Source of the DNA: Leptolyngbyaceae cyanobacterium
GTDB taxonomy: Bacteria > Cyanobacteriota > Cyanobacteriia > Phormidesmidales > Phormidesmidaceae
Length of the DNA: 24,547 nucleotides
Direction of reading: 5' to 3'
NCBI GenBank assembly: GCA_050331235.1
Contig: JBHJHA010000048.1
Coordinates: 1 to 24,547 of the forward strand
The translations under genes were made by a program, and so were the position numbers. The notes below the pieces were generated by a model. The model did not search any database. It worked only from the letters and a program-made list of their open reading frames with translations, and had not been told where the DNA came from. Below, piece after piece: positions 1 through 8,790 of the stretch. Position 1 is the stretch's first letter. Every line of letters begins with the position of its first letter.

Positions 1-10
1 TAATCGCATC

Positions 11-382
11 TTGGACTCTCTGCCGGATGGTATACAGTCAGCCCTGTTGAGTTATGCCCATGAAGCCGGGTTATCTCCCCAGTCAGTAATTGAGCTGGTC
101 ATCATTCGTTTTCTTGAGCTGGATGTTGCGTTGCTTAAAAATAGACAACCCTCTAGTAATGACACAAGTCTATTAGCCGAGCTGCCCGCTTCTCTACACG
201 TTCCAATCAAGCAATACGCCAGCGATACTGAGGTTCCTTCAGAGTTTGTGATTGAGCTAGCGATCGCCCATTTCCTCGACCCAGAATCAGTCACCTTTGA
301 TGACTGCCGGATTAGAGTACAACGCAATCTGGTCGAACAGCTCAAACAACAGGCCAGAAATCAAGCAATTACTGCTGCTTAA
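11..382 (+). CDS. Small hypothetical protein with an internal tandem duplication (ribbon-helix-helix-like units); may be 5'-truncated by the window edge
   Basis: 123-aa ORF whose frame is open back to base 2. Two copies of LP-x9-YA-x9-VIEL-x-I-x2-FL lie 54 aa apart. Confidence 0.7.
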   Translation: MDSLPDGIQSALLSYAHEAGLSPQSVIELVIIRFLELDVALLKNRQPSSNDTSLLAELPASLHVPIKQYASDTEVPSEFVIELAIAHFLDPESVTFDDCRIRVQRNLVEQLKQQARNQAITAA

Positions 383-397
383 AGCGAAATGACGCGC

Positions 398-670
398 TCA
401 GAGATCGCGATCCTCACTAATGAGTGTAGTGCTGTCGGGTAGACCAAGCTCTGTTGGATTAACTCTGGGAAGACTGCGGATTCTCGCTAGAGCATCCTGA
501 TTTACCGCTGCGCGCATATCGGTTTCTGGATGTTGGCGTGAATAGACTTGATATCGGGTCAGCGTTTGGATGAATGCCGGACGGGGCAACCCAGCAATTT
601 CGGTTACCTTCTCTTGTGAGATCTGTTTCAGTTCGTACCACTTGATAGCGGCAGCGACCCGCTGAAAGTG
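398..670 (-). pseudogene. Truncated or chimeric antitoxin-like remnant (UPF0175-like core plus an antitoxin-like tail)
   Basis: The stop-free frame 670->398 reads HFQRVAAAIKWYELKQISQEKVTEIAGLPRPAFIQTLTRYQVY...LGLPDSTTLISEDRDL*. AAAIKWYE..ISQ.K..EIAGL.R..F...L.RY.V matches the UPF0175 pattern. There is no start codon ahead of this segment and an in-frame TAG lies at 673-671. Confidence 0.6.
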
Positions 671-681
671 CTAGCCTAACC

Positions 682-785
682 TGGACAACTTACTGAAAGG
701 TTGTCCAAATGTTCGACAGGGCTGTGAGCATATTGTGCTGGCTATCTCAAAGTTGAAGGACAACTTGAACAACTTGGTTGGACAA
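682..785. repeat. Cluster of G(G/A)ACAAC(TT) motifs in direct and inverted orientation
   Basis: TGGACAAC 682-689 and GTTGTCCA 700-707 form a perfect 8-bp inverted repeat. Further copies are GGACAACTT 758-766, GAACAACTT 767-775 and TGGACAA 779-785. Confidence 0.6.
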
Positions 786-830
786 AAAAGATAAAAAAAC
801 AGGGACATAGACGTTGGAAGGCTTTCAGGC

Positions 831-1022
831 ATGTCAACCCCTTACAGAGCAAGACATAAGAAGGATCTTGTTGATAAGCTAAAGAGACTGAAAACACATG
901 AGATTCATCCAGCTTGGCCAGCACGCTACCGAACTCCCATCTGGAAGAAAGAGTGGTGGGAAGATGGTTCGAGCACTTGGGTCAGCATCAGCGCTTGCGA
1001 ACGGACACTGGAAGATTGCTAA
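831..1022 (+). CDS. Possible small hypothetical protein or gene fragment
   Basis: 63-aa ATG ORF, Lys- and Trp-rich, no family recognised. Confidence 0.25.
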   Translation: MSTPYRARHKKDLVDKLKRLKTHEIHPAWPARYRTPIWKKEWWEDGSSTWVSISACERTLEDC

Positions 1023-1243
1023 AGGTCTGGGGTGATGTTCTAGATTTGTGTATGCAGGCAGAACTAGAGATCCTCCAAGTTCTGTGAAGCAACGCTTTAA
1101 CAAAGGCATCTAGATGTGGCTCATCACCGGAAATTCTGATTCAAGATGCTTCTACGTCTGGATGTTGTGTTAGTCAGCGTGGGAACAATTGCTATCCCGT
1201 AAGTTACCGTTATCACAGCGGTGTTTAGAGCAATCAACGAGCT

Positions 1244-1516
1244 ATGAAACGAGTTCATCTCATCGTGCAGGGGCAAGTACAAGGCGTGGGATTTCGCCAT
1301 CACACTCAGGTCAAGGCCCATCAGTTATCCTTGAACGGCTATGTTAAAAATTTGCCTGACGGCACGGTTGAAATTGTAGCTGAGGGCGATGTATCGCTGA
1401 TCAATGAATTGATCGAGTGGGTTCACCACGGTCCGTCAGCCGCTAGGGTCAAACAGGTTGACATTACCTACGACAGTCCGCAGGGGGAGTTTAGCCAGTT
1501 TGAGATCGCCCACTAA
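1244..1516 (+). CDS. acyP: Acylphosphatase
   Basis: Signatures V-x-G-x-VQGVGFR and GYVKNLPDGTVEIVAEG, plus GPSAARV; 90 aa is the typical length. Confidence 0.96.
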   Translation: MKRVHLIVQGQVQGVGFRHHTQVKAHQLSLNGYVKNLPDGTVEIVAEGDVSLINELIEWVHHGPSAARVKQVDITYDSPQGEFSQFEIAH

Positions 1517-1563
1517 AGCTCCTCAATCGAACTGAATTCTCCCATCAGGAGGCGATCGCGGGT

Positions 1564-3255
1564 TTATTTGGACCAAGTAAAAATAAATTGACTCCCCTGC
1601 CCCACCTCTGACTCCACGCGGATAGTGCCGCCCTGCTGCTCCACTAGCTTCTTGACAATGCTTAGTCCAATGCCGGTACTTTCAATCTGGTCGCGACTGT
1701 GCAGAGTTTGGAAGACGCCAAAAATGCGCTCGTGATAGGCGGGGTCAATGCCAGGACCATCATCAGCCACAGTAAACTCCACCAGCTTTCCTTGATCAGC
1801 AACTCCGATGTTGAGATGACCATCGGAACGATCATGATATTTGATGGCGTTTCCAATGAGATTTTCGAGTACCTGCTGGAGCAAAATCTTTTGCGTCCTT
1901 AATACGGGCATCTGGTCAGGCAGCGAAATTACAAAAGTTTCTGGAACATCCAACGAGTCCAAAATTTCTGTAATTAACGAACGGGGATCGACGGGCAGGG
2001 TTTCTAAACTTTGTCGCCCGGCCCGCGAATAATCCAGCAGGCCGTTGATGAACCCCTCCATGCGGTTAACCCGCGATTTCATCAAGACGAGTTGCTGCCG
2101 GTTTTCTTCAGGGATCTGGTCGGCAAGGTCTTCCTCTAGCCACAGCGCGAGGTTGGCAATCGCCCGTAGCGGCGATCGCAGATCGTGGGAGGCAATATAA
2201 GCAAACTCGTCAAGTTCTTGATTGCGCGTTTCTAACGCGGCAGTGGTTTTGATAAGCAGTTCATTCACGACGGCTAAACTGTCGGCCCGTTCTTGCAGGC
2301 TGGTGACAAGCTGCCCCTGCTGAATGGCGATCGCCATCTGCAGGGCCAAGTCGTCCATCAACGCAATCTCGTTCGCTTGCCAATGGCGAGGGCTACGACA
2401 CTGATGGGCAATCATCAGCCCCCATAGTCTAGGTTTTTCGAGTGAGCCCGCTTCCCGCAGGAGAATGGGCACCGCCATGTTCGCTTTCACACTAAACCGC
2501 TCCAGCAGCTTGATATGACAATCGGTCAGACCAGCGTTGTAAATATCGGGAATGACGGTTCGATGGCCCTCGAGATAATGCTCAGCACCGTTATCACGAA
2601 AGCAAGTATCTTCAACCTGCGCTCCCAAGCTAGAGTGCCATTCAGAGGCTACTGACTCGGCCATAATGCAGCCCTTCATGTCTGGCCCAAAGCGATAAAT
2701 CAGCGTGCGATCGCACCCCAAAAGCTGACGCGTCCCTTCCACAGCAGTTTCTAAAATCAGGTCTGCATTGCGCGCTTGGCTAATGCGTAGTGAGATGTCC
2801 GCCATGAGCTGCTGTTGCTGCTGTTGTCGGCTAACGGTTCTTTCCAGTTCCTGTTGGTTGAGGGCCCGCCTAAGGGCCTGATTTAACCGGATCGGCGTCA
2901 AACGGCCCTTCACCAAATAGTCCATCGCTCCCAGCTTCATGGCTTCAACGGCGACTTGCTCACTACCCTGGCCGGTCAGCATGATCACAGCTGGCAGTGG
3001 CTGCGCCTGAGGTTGCAAAGCCTGTAAAAATTCCAAGCCATCCAAGTCAGGCAGCAAATAATCCAGTAGTATGACATCGGGTGTTTTCTGCCAACACAGG
3101 CTTAACCCGTCAGCCCCACAGTCACTCTCATAGACAGCATAGGTGCGGCTATCACCTTGATTTAGATATCGTCGGTAGGTTGCCCGGTCAATATCGGAGT
3201 CATCTACGATCAAAATATTGCGGGTTTGCTCTACACCATCAGAGGAAGCGGCCAT
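1564..3255 (-). CDS. Hybrid sensor kinase REC-GAF(DXCF cyanobacteriochrome type)-HisKA-HATPase
   Basis: N-terminal receiver (ILIVDD, LLDYLLPDLDG, MLTGQG, DYLVK). GAF with DRTLIYRF, EDTCF, DCH, ANMAVPIL and LWGLMIAHQC. H-box ASHDLRSPL, N-box NLIGNAIKY, G boxes DDGPGI and TGIGLSIVKK. Confidence 0.93.
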   Translation of the reverse strand: MAASSDGVEQTRNILIVDDSDIDRATYRRYLNQGDSRTYAVYESDCGADGLSLCWQKTPDVILLDYLLPDLDGLEFLQALQPQAQPLPAVIMLTGQGSEQVAVEAMKLGAMDYLVKGRLTPIRLNQALRRALNQQELERTVSRQQQQQQLMADISLRISQARNADLILETAVEGTRQLLGCDRTLIYRFGPDMKGCIMAESVASEWHSSLGAQVEDTCFRDNGAEHYLEGHRTVIPDIYNAGLTDCHIKLLERFSVKANMAVPILLREAGSLEKPRLWGLMIAHQCRSPRHWQANEIALMDDLALQMAIAIQQGQLVTSLQERADSLAVVNELLIKTTAALETRNQELDEFAYIASHDLRSPLRAIANLALWLEEDLADQIPEENRQQLVLMKSRVNRMEGFINGLLDYSRAGRQSLETLPVDPRSLITEILDSLDVPETFVISLPDQMPVLRTQKILLQQVLENLIGNAIKYHDRSDGHLNIGVADQGKLVEFTVADDGPGIDPAYHERIFGVFQTLHSRDQIESTGIGLSIVKKLVEQQGGTIRVESEVGQGSQFIFTWSK

Positions 3256-3401
3256 AGCTTACCGAGGGACCCTTATCAAAGTTTAAACAGACCACCGACA
3301 ACGTGGTACTTACTGAACCAGTAGAGGCCGTCAAAGCCATTATTCGTTATTAATAAATTAAAGAGCTCTATCTCAAGGTAGATCGAAGGCCCAACTGCTT
3401 G

Positions 3402-3854
3402 TCAAGCGTTGACTGGCAGTTCCACTGTCTGAAACCAATAATTGACCAGCGTTTGAATAGATGCTTTGAGTTGTCGAATATTGGTGGGCTTGATCATAAA
3501 ACTATTGACCCCCGACTGGTAGCAGGTGTGAATATCTTTCGGATTTGAAGAGGTGGTAAACACCACGATGGGAATTTTTTTTAACTGTTTGTCTTGTTTG
3601 ATTTGGGCTAATACTTCACGACCATCCGTCCCTGGGAGATTGAGATCCAACAAAATCAGCCCTGGAAGATCGGCTTCCTTTAGCATGTCAAATTGTCCAC
3701 GGCGATAGATAAAATCTAAGGCGTCGTCACCGTCGGCACAGCGAGTAATGGCTAACTCTATTTGACAGTCCCGGCGCAGAATCCGGCTAAGGGCCTCAAA
3801 ATCTTCGTCGCTATCTTCAACCACCAAAAGCGGGTGCTGTAACTGTTCTTTCAT
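3402..3854 (-). CDS. rcp1: Single-domain response regulator of the phytochrome-associated Rcp1/RcpB family (alternative TTG start at 3869)
   Basis: LLVVEDS, LILLDLNLPGTDGREVL, VVFTTSS, IKP and the C-terminal YWFQTVELP tail typical of Rcp proteins. Lies directly downstream of the phytochrome gene. Confidence 0.9.
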   Translation of the reverse strand: MKEQLQHPLLVVEDSDEDFEALSRILRRDCQIELAITRCADGDDALDFIYRRGQFDMLKEADLPGLILLDLNLPGTDGREVLAQIKQDKQLKKIPIVVFTTSSNPKDIHTCYQSGVNSFMIKPTNIRQLKASIQTLVNYWFQTVELPVNA

Positions 3855-3886
3855 AGGGGTAGGGCTCAACCTGCGGACTAAAAAGA

Positions 3887-6217
3887 TTAGAGGGTGAAAT
3901 AAAACGTACTGCCTTCACCCAGAACCGAATCGACCCAGATGCGGCCACCGTGGTGTTCAACAATTTTTTTGACGATGGTCAGTCCCGCGCCGGTGCCCCC
4001 TCCGTAGCGCTTGGGACTATGCAATCGCTTGAAGATTTTGAAGACAGTTTCTAAATGCTTTTCGGGAATGCCGATACCATTATCGCGCACATAGAACACA
4101 CCGACATCCTCAGGCAACTCTCGATCGCTGATGAGGTCAGTTTTTTCAAGTTCAGGGGGTGCCAAATAGCCAATTTCGATGCAAATCTCTGATTTGTCGT
4201 TGTACTTGACTGCGTTACTAATCAGATTGGTATAGAGCTCAGTAATCAGGGTACGATCGCACTCCACAGTGGGTAACGACTCAGGCACGTCGAACCGAAT
4301 ACTTTCCTGTTTACCGATACGGATGATGTCAATCACCCCTTGAACAATGTGATTGAGGTTGGTCGGATACTTGTTCAACTCGGTACGGCCTAGCCGCGAG
4401 TAATACAGCAAAGAGTTGATCAGATCTTCCATGCGCTGGGTCAAGCGCATCAGCGTCTCCAGCTTATTAACGCCATCATCACCCAGCTTATCGCTGTAAT
4501 CTTCGATCAAAAAGCTGGAGTAGTTGTGGATGCCCCGCAACGGTTCCTTAAGATCATGGGAAGCAAAATAGGCAAAAGCATCCAGCTCAACATTGCTGCG
4601 TTCCAGCTCGGTATTTAGCTCTGCGAGTTCGTCAGCCCTTTGCAGTACGAGGCCAATCACGGTAGTGCGCAGCTCCAGCGCCGCTTCAATTTCACACTGC
4701 TTCCACGGTAGCGACTGTCGCCGCACAGTTTCCTTCCATTTTTCGAATGATTGGCGCGGCGATATGTACTCCTGCCCGGCCTCATCCACTTGCTTCGGTT
4801 TATTTGGGTTGCCGGCCCAGTCGACCGTCTGCAGCACCTCAGGGCGAAACCAAATGACGTAAATTTCCTGCACCTGGGAGATGGCCATCGCCAGTAGCCC
4901 GCTGCCAACACCCTTGAATTCATCAGCGGCTGCGTAGCGATCGCTCAAACAATTTGTGTGGTAAACCACATCATCTTGAAACTGCCCGCTCAACCACTGG
5001 GCTAATTGTAAAACTGCCTGGGTATCAGGGGTCACTCCAAATAAAGTGACATCCCCCTGTTCGTAAAAAGCTGCCCCTGACGCGCCAACGAGAGACAATA
5101 GCCGCCCACCGTTTTGAGTCAGCCCCTCTCGAGGCGACTTGCTATCGGTCAAAACTCGGACAAAATCAGCCTGCAAAGCGCGAATGCCCATGCGATAGTC
5201 AGCATCTTCGCTCTCCTGTCGATTGGCAAGTTCTAGTGAGGCAATTTGGCCTAAAAACTCGCACACGGTGCGCAACTCGTAAGAGAGCAGCCGGGGCTGA
5301 TTGTGGTGACAGGCAATCAACCCCCACAGCTGCTGGTTATGGACAAGCGAAATTGACATCGACGCTTTAACGCCCATATTCGTCAAATATTCACTGTGTA
5401 GGGGCGAGACGCTTCGCAACACCGAAAGACTCATATCCAGTGGGGCTCCACTGTCAGGAAGCACCGCCGGCACGAGGGGCACTGGCTCATAGGCAACGTC
5501 CGGGATTAGCCGTACCAGGTTAAGTGTGTAGAGATACTTAGCCTGTTTGGGAATGTCAGTTGCCGGATAATGGAGGCCTAAATAGGGCTGTAGTGTGTCA
5601 TTTTTGGCCTCCGCGATGACGCTGCCCGCACCGCTCTCGTCAAAGCGATACACCATCACCCGGTCAAACCCAGAAATCTGTTTGACCGCCTCAACTACGG
5701 TCTGACACAGCTCATCCAACGTTTGAGTTTGTTGAATTTGTCGAACAGGCCGCTTGACCAGACTATGAAAATCAAAGAAGTTGACCCCTGTTTCTGCGTC
5801 AGACGGCTCTAATTCTAATATCACTACAGACTCACTCCGATGCACTACCCCCGAAAAAGACTTGATGCCAACGGGGGTGGTGAGAGCAAAGTGCAGCGGG
5901 TTGACCGCTTCAAACTCCTCCGCCAAGCAGCCCCGGAGTAATTGCAGCTGCTTCTCGCTAAACAGGCGAGAGAGCGGTTGCTGGAGCAGGTCTGCAGGGG
6001 GCTGTCCCAAAACTGCTTCAATATTCTGACTGACTTGTAAAATCTTCCCGTCGGGCTCATCAAACACCAACAGGACCCCATAGGGCTGAATCGCGGCGGG
6101 AATGTGGATGGCCTCGCGATCGCACGTATTGATGTCTACTGAAGCGGGTGAAACCGCTGGATCCGTAATTTCTGAAATGGCTGATTTGATTTGCGTAATA
6201 AAGTCTGCAGCTACCAT
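3887..6217 (-). CDS. cphB: Bacteriophytochrome-type (CphB/AphB-like) PAS-GAF-PHY histidine kinase (alternative TTG start at 6232)
   Basis: CDREAIHIPAAIQPYG (N-terminal Cys), GFDRVMVYRF, PATDIPKQA, LRSVSPLH (no GAF Cys), LWGLIACHH, WFRPE, WAGNP, PRQSFEKWKE; kinase boxes ASHDLKEPL, NLISNAVKY, DNGIGI, GTGAGL. Confidence 0.93.
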   Translation of the reverse strand: MVAADFITQIKSAISEITDPAVSPASVDINTCDREAIHIPAAIQPYGVLLVFDEPDGKILQVSQNIEAVLGQPPADLLQQPLSRLFSEKQLQLLRGCLAEEFEAVNPLHFALTTPVGIKSFSGVVHRSESVVILELEPSDAETGVNFFDFHSLVKRPVRQIQQTQTLDELCQTVVEAVKQISGFDRVMVYRFDESGAGSVIAEAKNDTLQPYLGLHYPATDIPKQAKYLYTLNLVRLIPDVAYEPVPLVPAVLPDSGAPLDMSLSVLRSVSPLHSEYLTNMGVKASMSISLVHNQQLWGLIACHHNQPRLLSYELRTVCEFLGQIASLELANRQESEDADYRMGIRALQADFVRVLTDSKSPREGLTQNGGRLLSLVGASGAAFYEQGDVTLFGVTPDTQAVLQLAQWLSGQFQDDVVYHTNCLSDRYAAADEFKGVGSGLLAMAISQVQEIYVIWFRPEVLQTVDWAGNPNKPKQVDEAGQEYISPRQSFEKWKETVRRQSLPWKQCEIEAALELRTTVIGLVLQRADELAELNTELERSNVELDAFAYFASHDLKEPLRGIHNYSSFLIEDYSDKLGDDGVNKLETLMRLTQRMEDLINSLLYYSRLGRTELNKYPTNLNHIVQGVIDIIRIGKQESIRFDVPESLPTVECDRTLITELYTNLISNAVKYNDKSEICIEIGYLAPPELEKTDLISDRELPEDVGVFYVRDNGIGIPEKHLETVFKIFKRLHSPKRYGGGTGAGLTIVKKIVEHHGGRIWVDSVLGEGSTFYFTL

Positions 6218-6888
6218 TAACCTGCTTACCAAGAAGTGAGAGTTTGGGGACTCATTGGAGTGAATGCCCCCCCACTACAATAATCGATAATTTCTGAGAC
6301 TGCCCTAGTCAATGGCACAAGTCAACTCCCAGCTGACCAAGGCCCCCGTAGCGCTTCAACCTGGCGAGTTCAGCACAGTCCAGTCTTGGCCATCGACATC
6401 CCCTTAACAATCTGCAAACTTGCTTTGTACACTGTAGGAGCATTCGTAAGCGTCTGTTCACGTATTGGCAATACTTACTGCCGCTGCCATCTGTGCTGAG
6501 ATAGCTTGAGTGAGGCCATCAATCTGGTGAGGCCGTTTGTCTTTGTTAGAACGCTATCGATTTACTGACGATGGCGCTACTGACCAATTTGTCATTGACT
6601 GCCCTGGCTGAGACGTGCCTTCATTTAGATTAGGACTTACGCAAGCATGAGATTTCAACGAGTTAAACGTTCCCTGGACTTTGTCACTGCCCTCATCAAG
6701 GGGAGTAAGGGGAGATGCTGGCTCTGCTGATCGCGCTGCCGTCTTCCACTCCGCCAACTCTATTACTTTGAGGGTTGAGTCCCAATCGGAAGCTGCTATG
6801 GCAGTTAGGTGCGCTTGAGTCCCGAGTAGCTGACCATATTTTCGTGCATTACCAGTAGACCCTGGGCAGGGTTTTTCAGGAGAGGTTT

Positions 6889-7869
6889 ATGGATAACTCT
6901 TATTCGCGTCCCACCCCCCAGCGGATTGTCAAACGGGACGGCGAATTTCCCGATATTATTCGGCTGGGAGACCCCCACTCGCGATGGCGTGACTTATATC
7001 ATCTGCTTATCACGATTTCTTGGCCTGGCTTTGTCGTCACGCTGCTAATCGCCTACCTGTTGGTCAATGCAGCTTTTGCCGCCGCTTACTGGTTAGGTGA
7101 TGATGCGATCGCCAATGCTGCCCCCAATTCCTTCTTGGACGCGTTCTTCTTCAGCGTTCAAACCATGGCTTCCATTGGCTACGGAGCGATGTACCCCCAA
7201 ACGGACTACGCGAACTTCCTCGTCGTCGCAGAATCTTTTGTCGGGCTGTTGTTCATTGCCATGGCCACCGGGATGGTGTTTGCTCGGTTTTCGGTCCCCA
7301 CCGCCCGCATTATGTTTAGCAACTATGCCCTGATTGCCCCTTTTAACGGGCTCCCCTGCCTGATGTTTCGGACTGCGAATAAACGGCGCAATCGAATTTT
7401 AGAGGCCCAGCTTTGGGTCACCCTCGTCCGGGATGAATTCACTAAAGAAGGGGACCTTTTTCGGCGATTTTACGACTTAGAGCTGATTCGCTCTCATACG
7501 CCGCTGTTCGCGCTGACTTGGACGGCCCTACACCCCATCAACGAAAACAGTCCTCTCTATGGAGCGACACCAGAATCGCTGCAGCGCGACCACGCCGAGA
7601 TCATTGTCATCATCACCGGCATTGATGAAAACCTGTCTCAAACTATCCACGCCCGTCATTCTTTTGTCGCTGACGAGGTGCTATTGAATTTTCGGTTTAA
7701 AGACGTGCTGGGCTGGACCCGCGATGGCCGTCGGGCAATTAACTTTCACAACTTTGATCGAGTCTATCGAGTTGACCCTCACAATGGCTATGCCCTTACC
7801 CAGGAACCGTTCGAGGATACCGCTGCATCAAGGCCTGCACCTGCTCGGCATGATAAGAACTCCGCGTGA
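6889..7869 (+). CDS. Inward-rectifier potassium channel (KirBac family)
   Basis: [16 protein letters not shown], pore helix and filter [64 protein letters not shown] precedes the ATG. Confidence 0.95.
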   Translation: MDNSYSRPTPQRIVKRDGEFPDIIRLGDPHSRWRDLYHLLITISWPGFVVTLLIAYLLVNAAFAAAYWLGDDAIANAAPNSFLDAFFFSVQTMASIGYGAMYPQTDYANFLVVAESFVGLLFIAMATGMVFARFSVPTARIMFSNYALIAPFNGLPCLMFRTANKRRNRILEAQLWVTLVRDEFTKEGDLFRRFYDLELIRSHTPLFALTWTALHPINENSPLYGATPESLQRDHAEIIVIITGIDENLSQTIHARHSFVADEVLLNFRFKDVLGWTRDGRRAINFHNFDRVYRVDPHNGYALTQEPFEDTAASRPAPARHDKNSA

Positions 7870-8677
7870 GCGGAGAAGACACCACCTGCAAAAAGCCCAT
7901 GGCTTCGCCGATAATTCGCCAGTGGTCAAACTGCTCTGGCGTAACAAAGTCTTGCAGCTGTAAATGTTTGGCACTGGGCTGTAGGTATTGGCCGATGGTT
8001 AAAATATCGCAGCCGACCCGGCGTAAATCTGCCATCACCTGGCGGACTTCGTCATCGGTTTCGCCGAGACCCACCATGATCCCAGATTTGGTATATGCCC
8101 AGGGCGCGATTTCCCGAGTCCGGCGCAATAGCTCTAGAGATTGTTCGTAATTGGCTTGGGGGCGCACCCGACGATAGAGCCGGGGAACCGTTTCGGTATT
8201 GTGATTGAGCACCTGCGGCCGCGCCTGCAAGATGGCGGCTAGCGCCTCCCAATTGCCACATAAATCTGGAATCAGAACTTCGATGGTGGTAGGGGGAGAT
8301 GCCTGCTGCACTGATTGAATACAGCGGACAAATTGGGAAGCGCCGCCGTCGGGGAGATCATCTCGGTTGACCGCAGTGATCACCACATGCTTGAGTTGCA
8401 TCCGTTTGACGGCCTCTGCTAAGCGCCAGGGTTCAGTGGGGTCTAGGGCTTGGGGCTTTTTCTCGAAGTCGATGTCGCAGTAGGGGCAAGCCCGAGTGCA
8501 GGCTGGCCCCATGATCAAGAAGGTCGCCGTACCTGCGTTGAAGCATTCCCCGATGTTGGGACAGGAGGCCTCTTCGCAAACGGTGTTGAGCTGCAGATCC
8601 CGCAGCAAGGATTTGACATTCCCCACGCGTTCCCACTGGGGAGCTTTGACTCGAAGCCAATCTGGTTTTACAGCCAC
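7796..8677 (-). CDS. lipA: Lipoyl synthase
   Basis: [20 protein letters not shown] (auxiliary cluster), CTRACPYC (radical SAM), [30 protein letters not shown]. Confidence 0.98.
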   Translation of the reverse strand: MAVKPDWLRVKAPQWERVGNVKSLLRDLQLNTVCEEASCPNIGECFNAGTATFLIMGPACTRACPYCDIDFEKKPQALDPTEPWRLAEAVKRMQLKHVVITAVNRDDLPDGGASQFVRCIQSVQQASPPTTIEVLIPDLCGNWEALAAILQARPQVLNHNTETVPRLYRRVRPQANYEQSLELLRRTREIAPWAYTKSGIMVGLGETDDEVRQVMADLRRVGCDILTIGQYLQPSAKHLQLQDFVTPEQFDHWRIIGEAMGFLQVVSSPLTRSSYHAEQVQALMQRYPRTVPG

Positions 8678-8790
8678 AACAATAGTTCTTAACGTTTTGA
8701 TTACCTGTCTCCCATCCTAGCGGTTGTCTGGTTCGTTGTTAGCGGCGATCGCGCAAATTGCGAAAAGCCCCTCAACCAAGGCATTGCTCC

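Noticed and set aside
682..790. Tn7/CAST transposon end or mini-CRISPR array
   Set aside because: The repeats are 7-9 bp with irregular spacing. There is no clear terminal TGT plus 20-22 bp TnsB-site array, no repeat-spacer periodicity, and no tns or cas genes in the window.
2808..2830. Poly-Gln run (RQQQQQQL) in the hybrid kinase as a contingency repeat
   Set aside because: It uses mixed CAA/CAG codons and lies in the usual coiled-coil linker before a GAF domain.
6462..6474. NtcA-like box GTA...TAC (also at 20823-20835)
   Set aside because: The spacing is N7, not the GTA-N8-TAC that NtcA requires.
6554..6757. 67-aa minus-strand ORF in the phytochrome-KirBac spacer
   Set aside because: TTG start, no clear RBS, low-information composition and no family signature.
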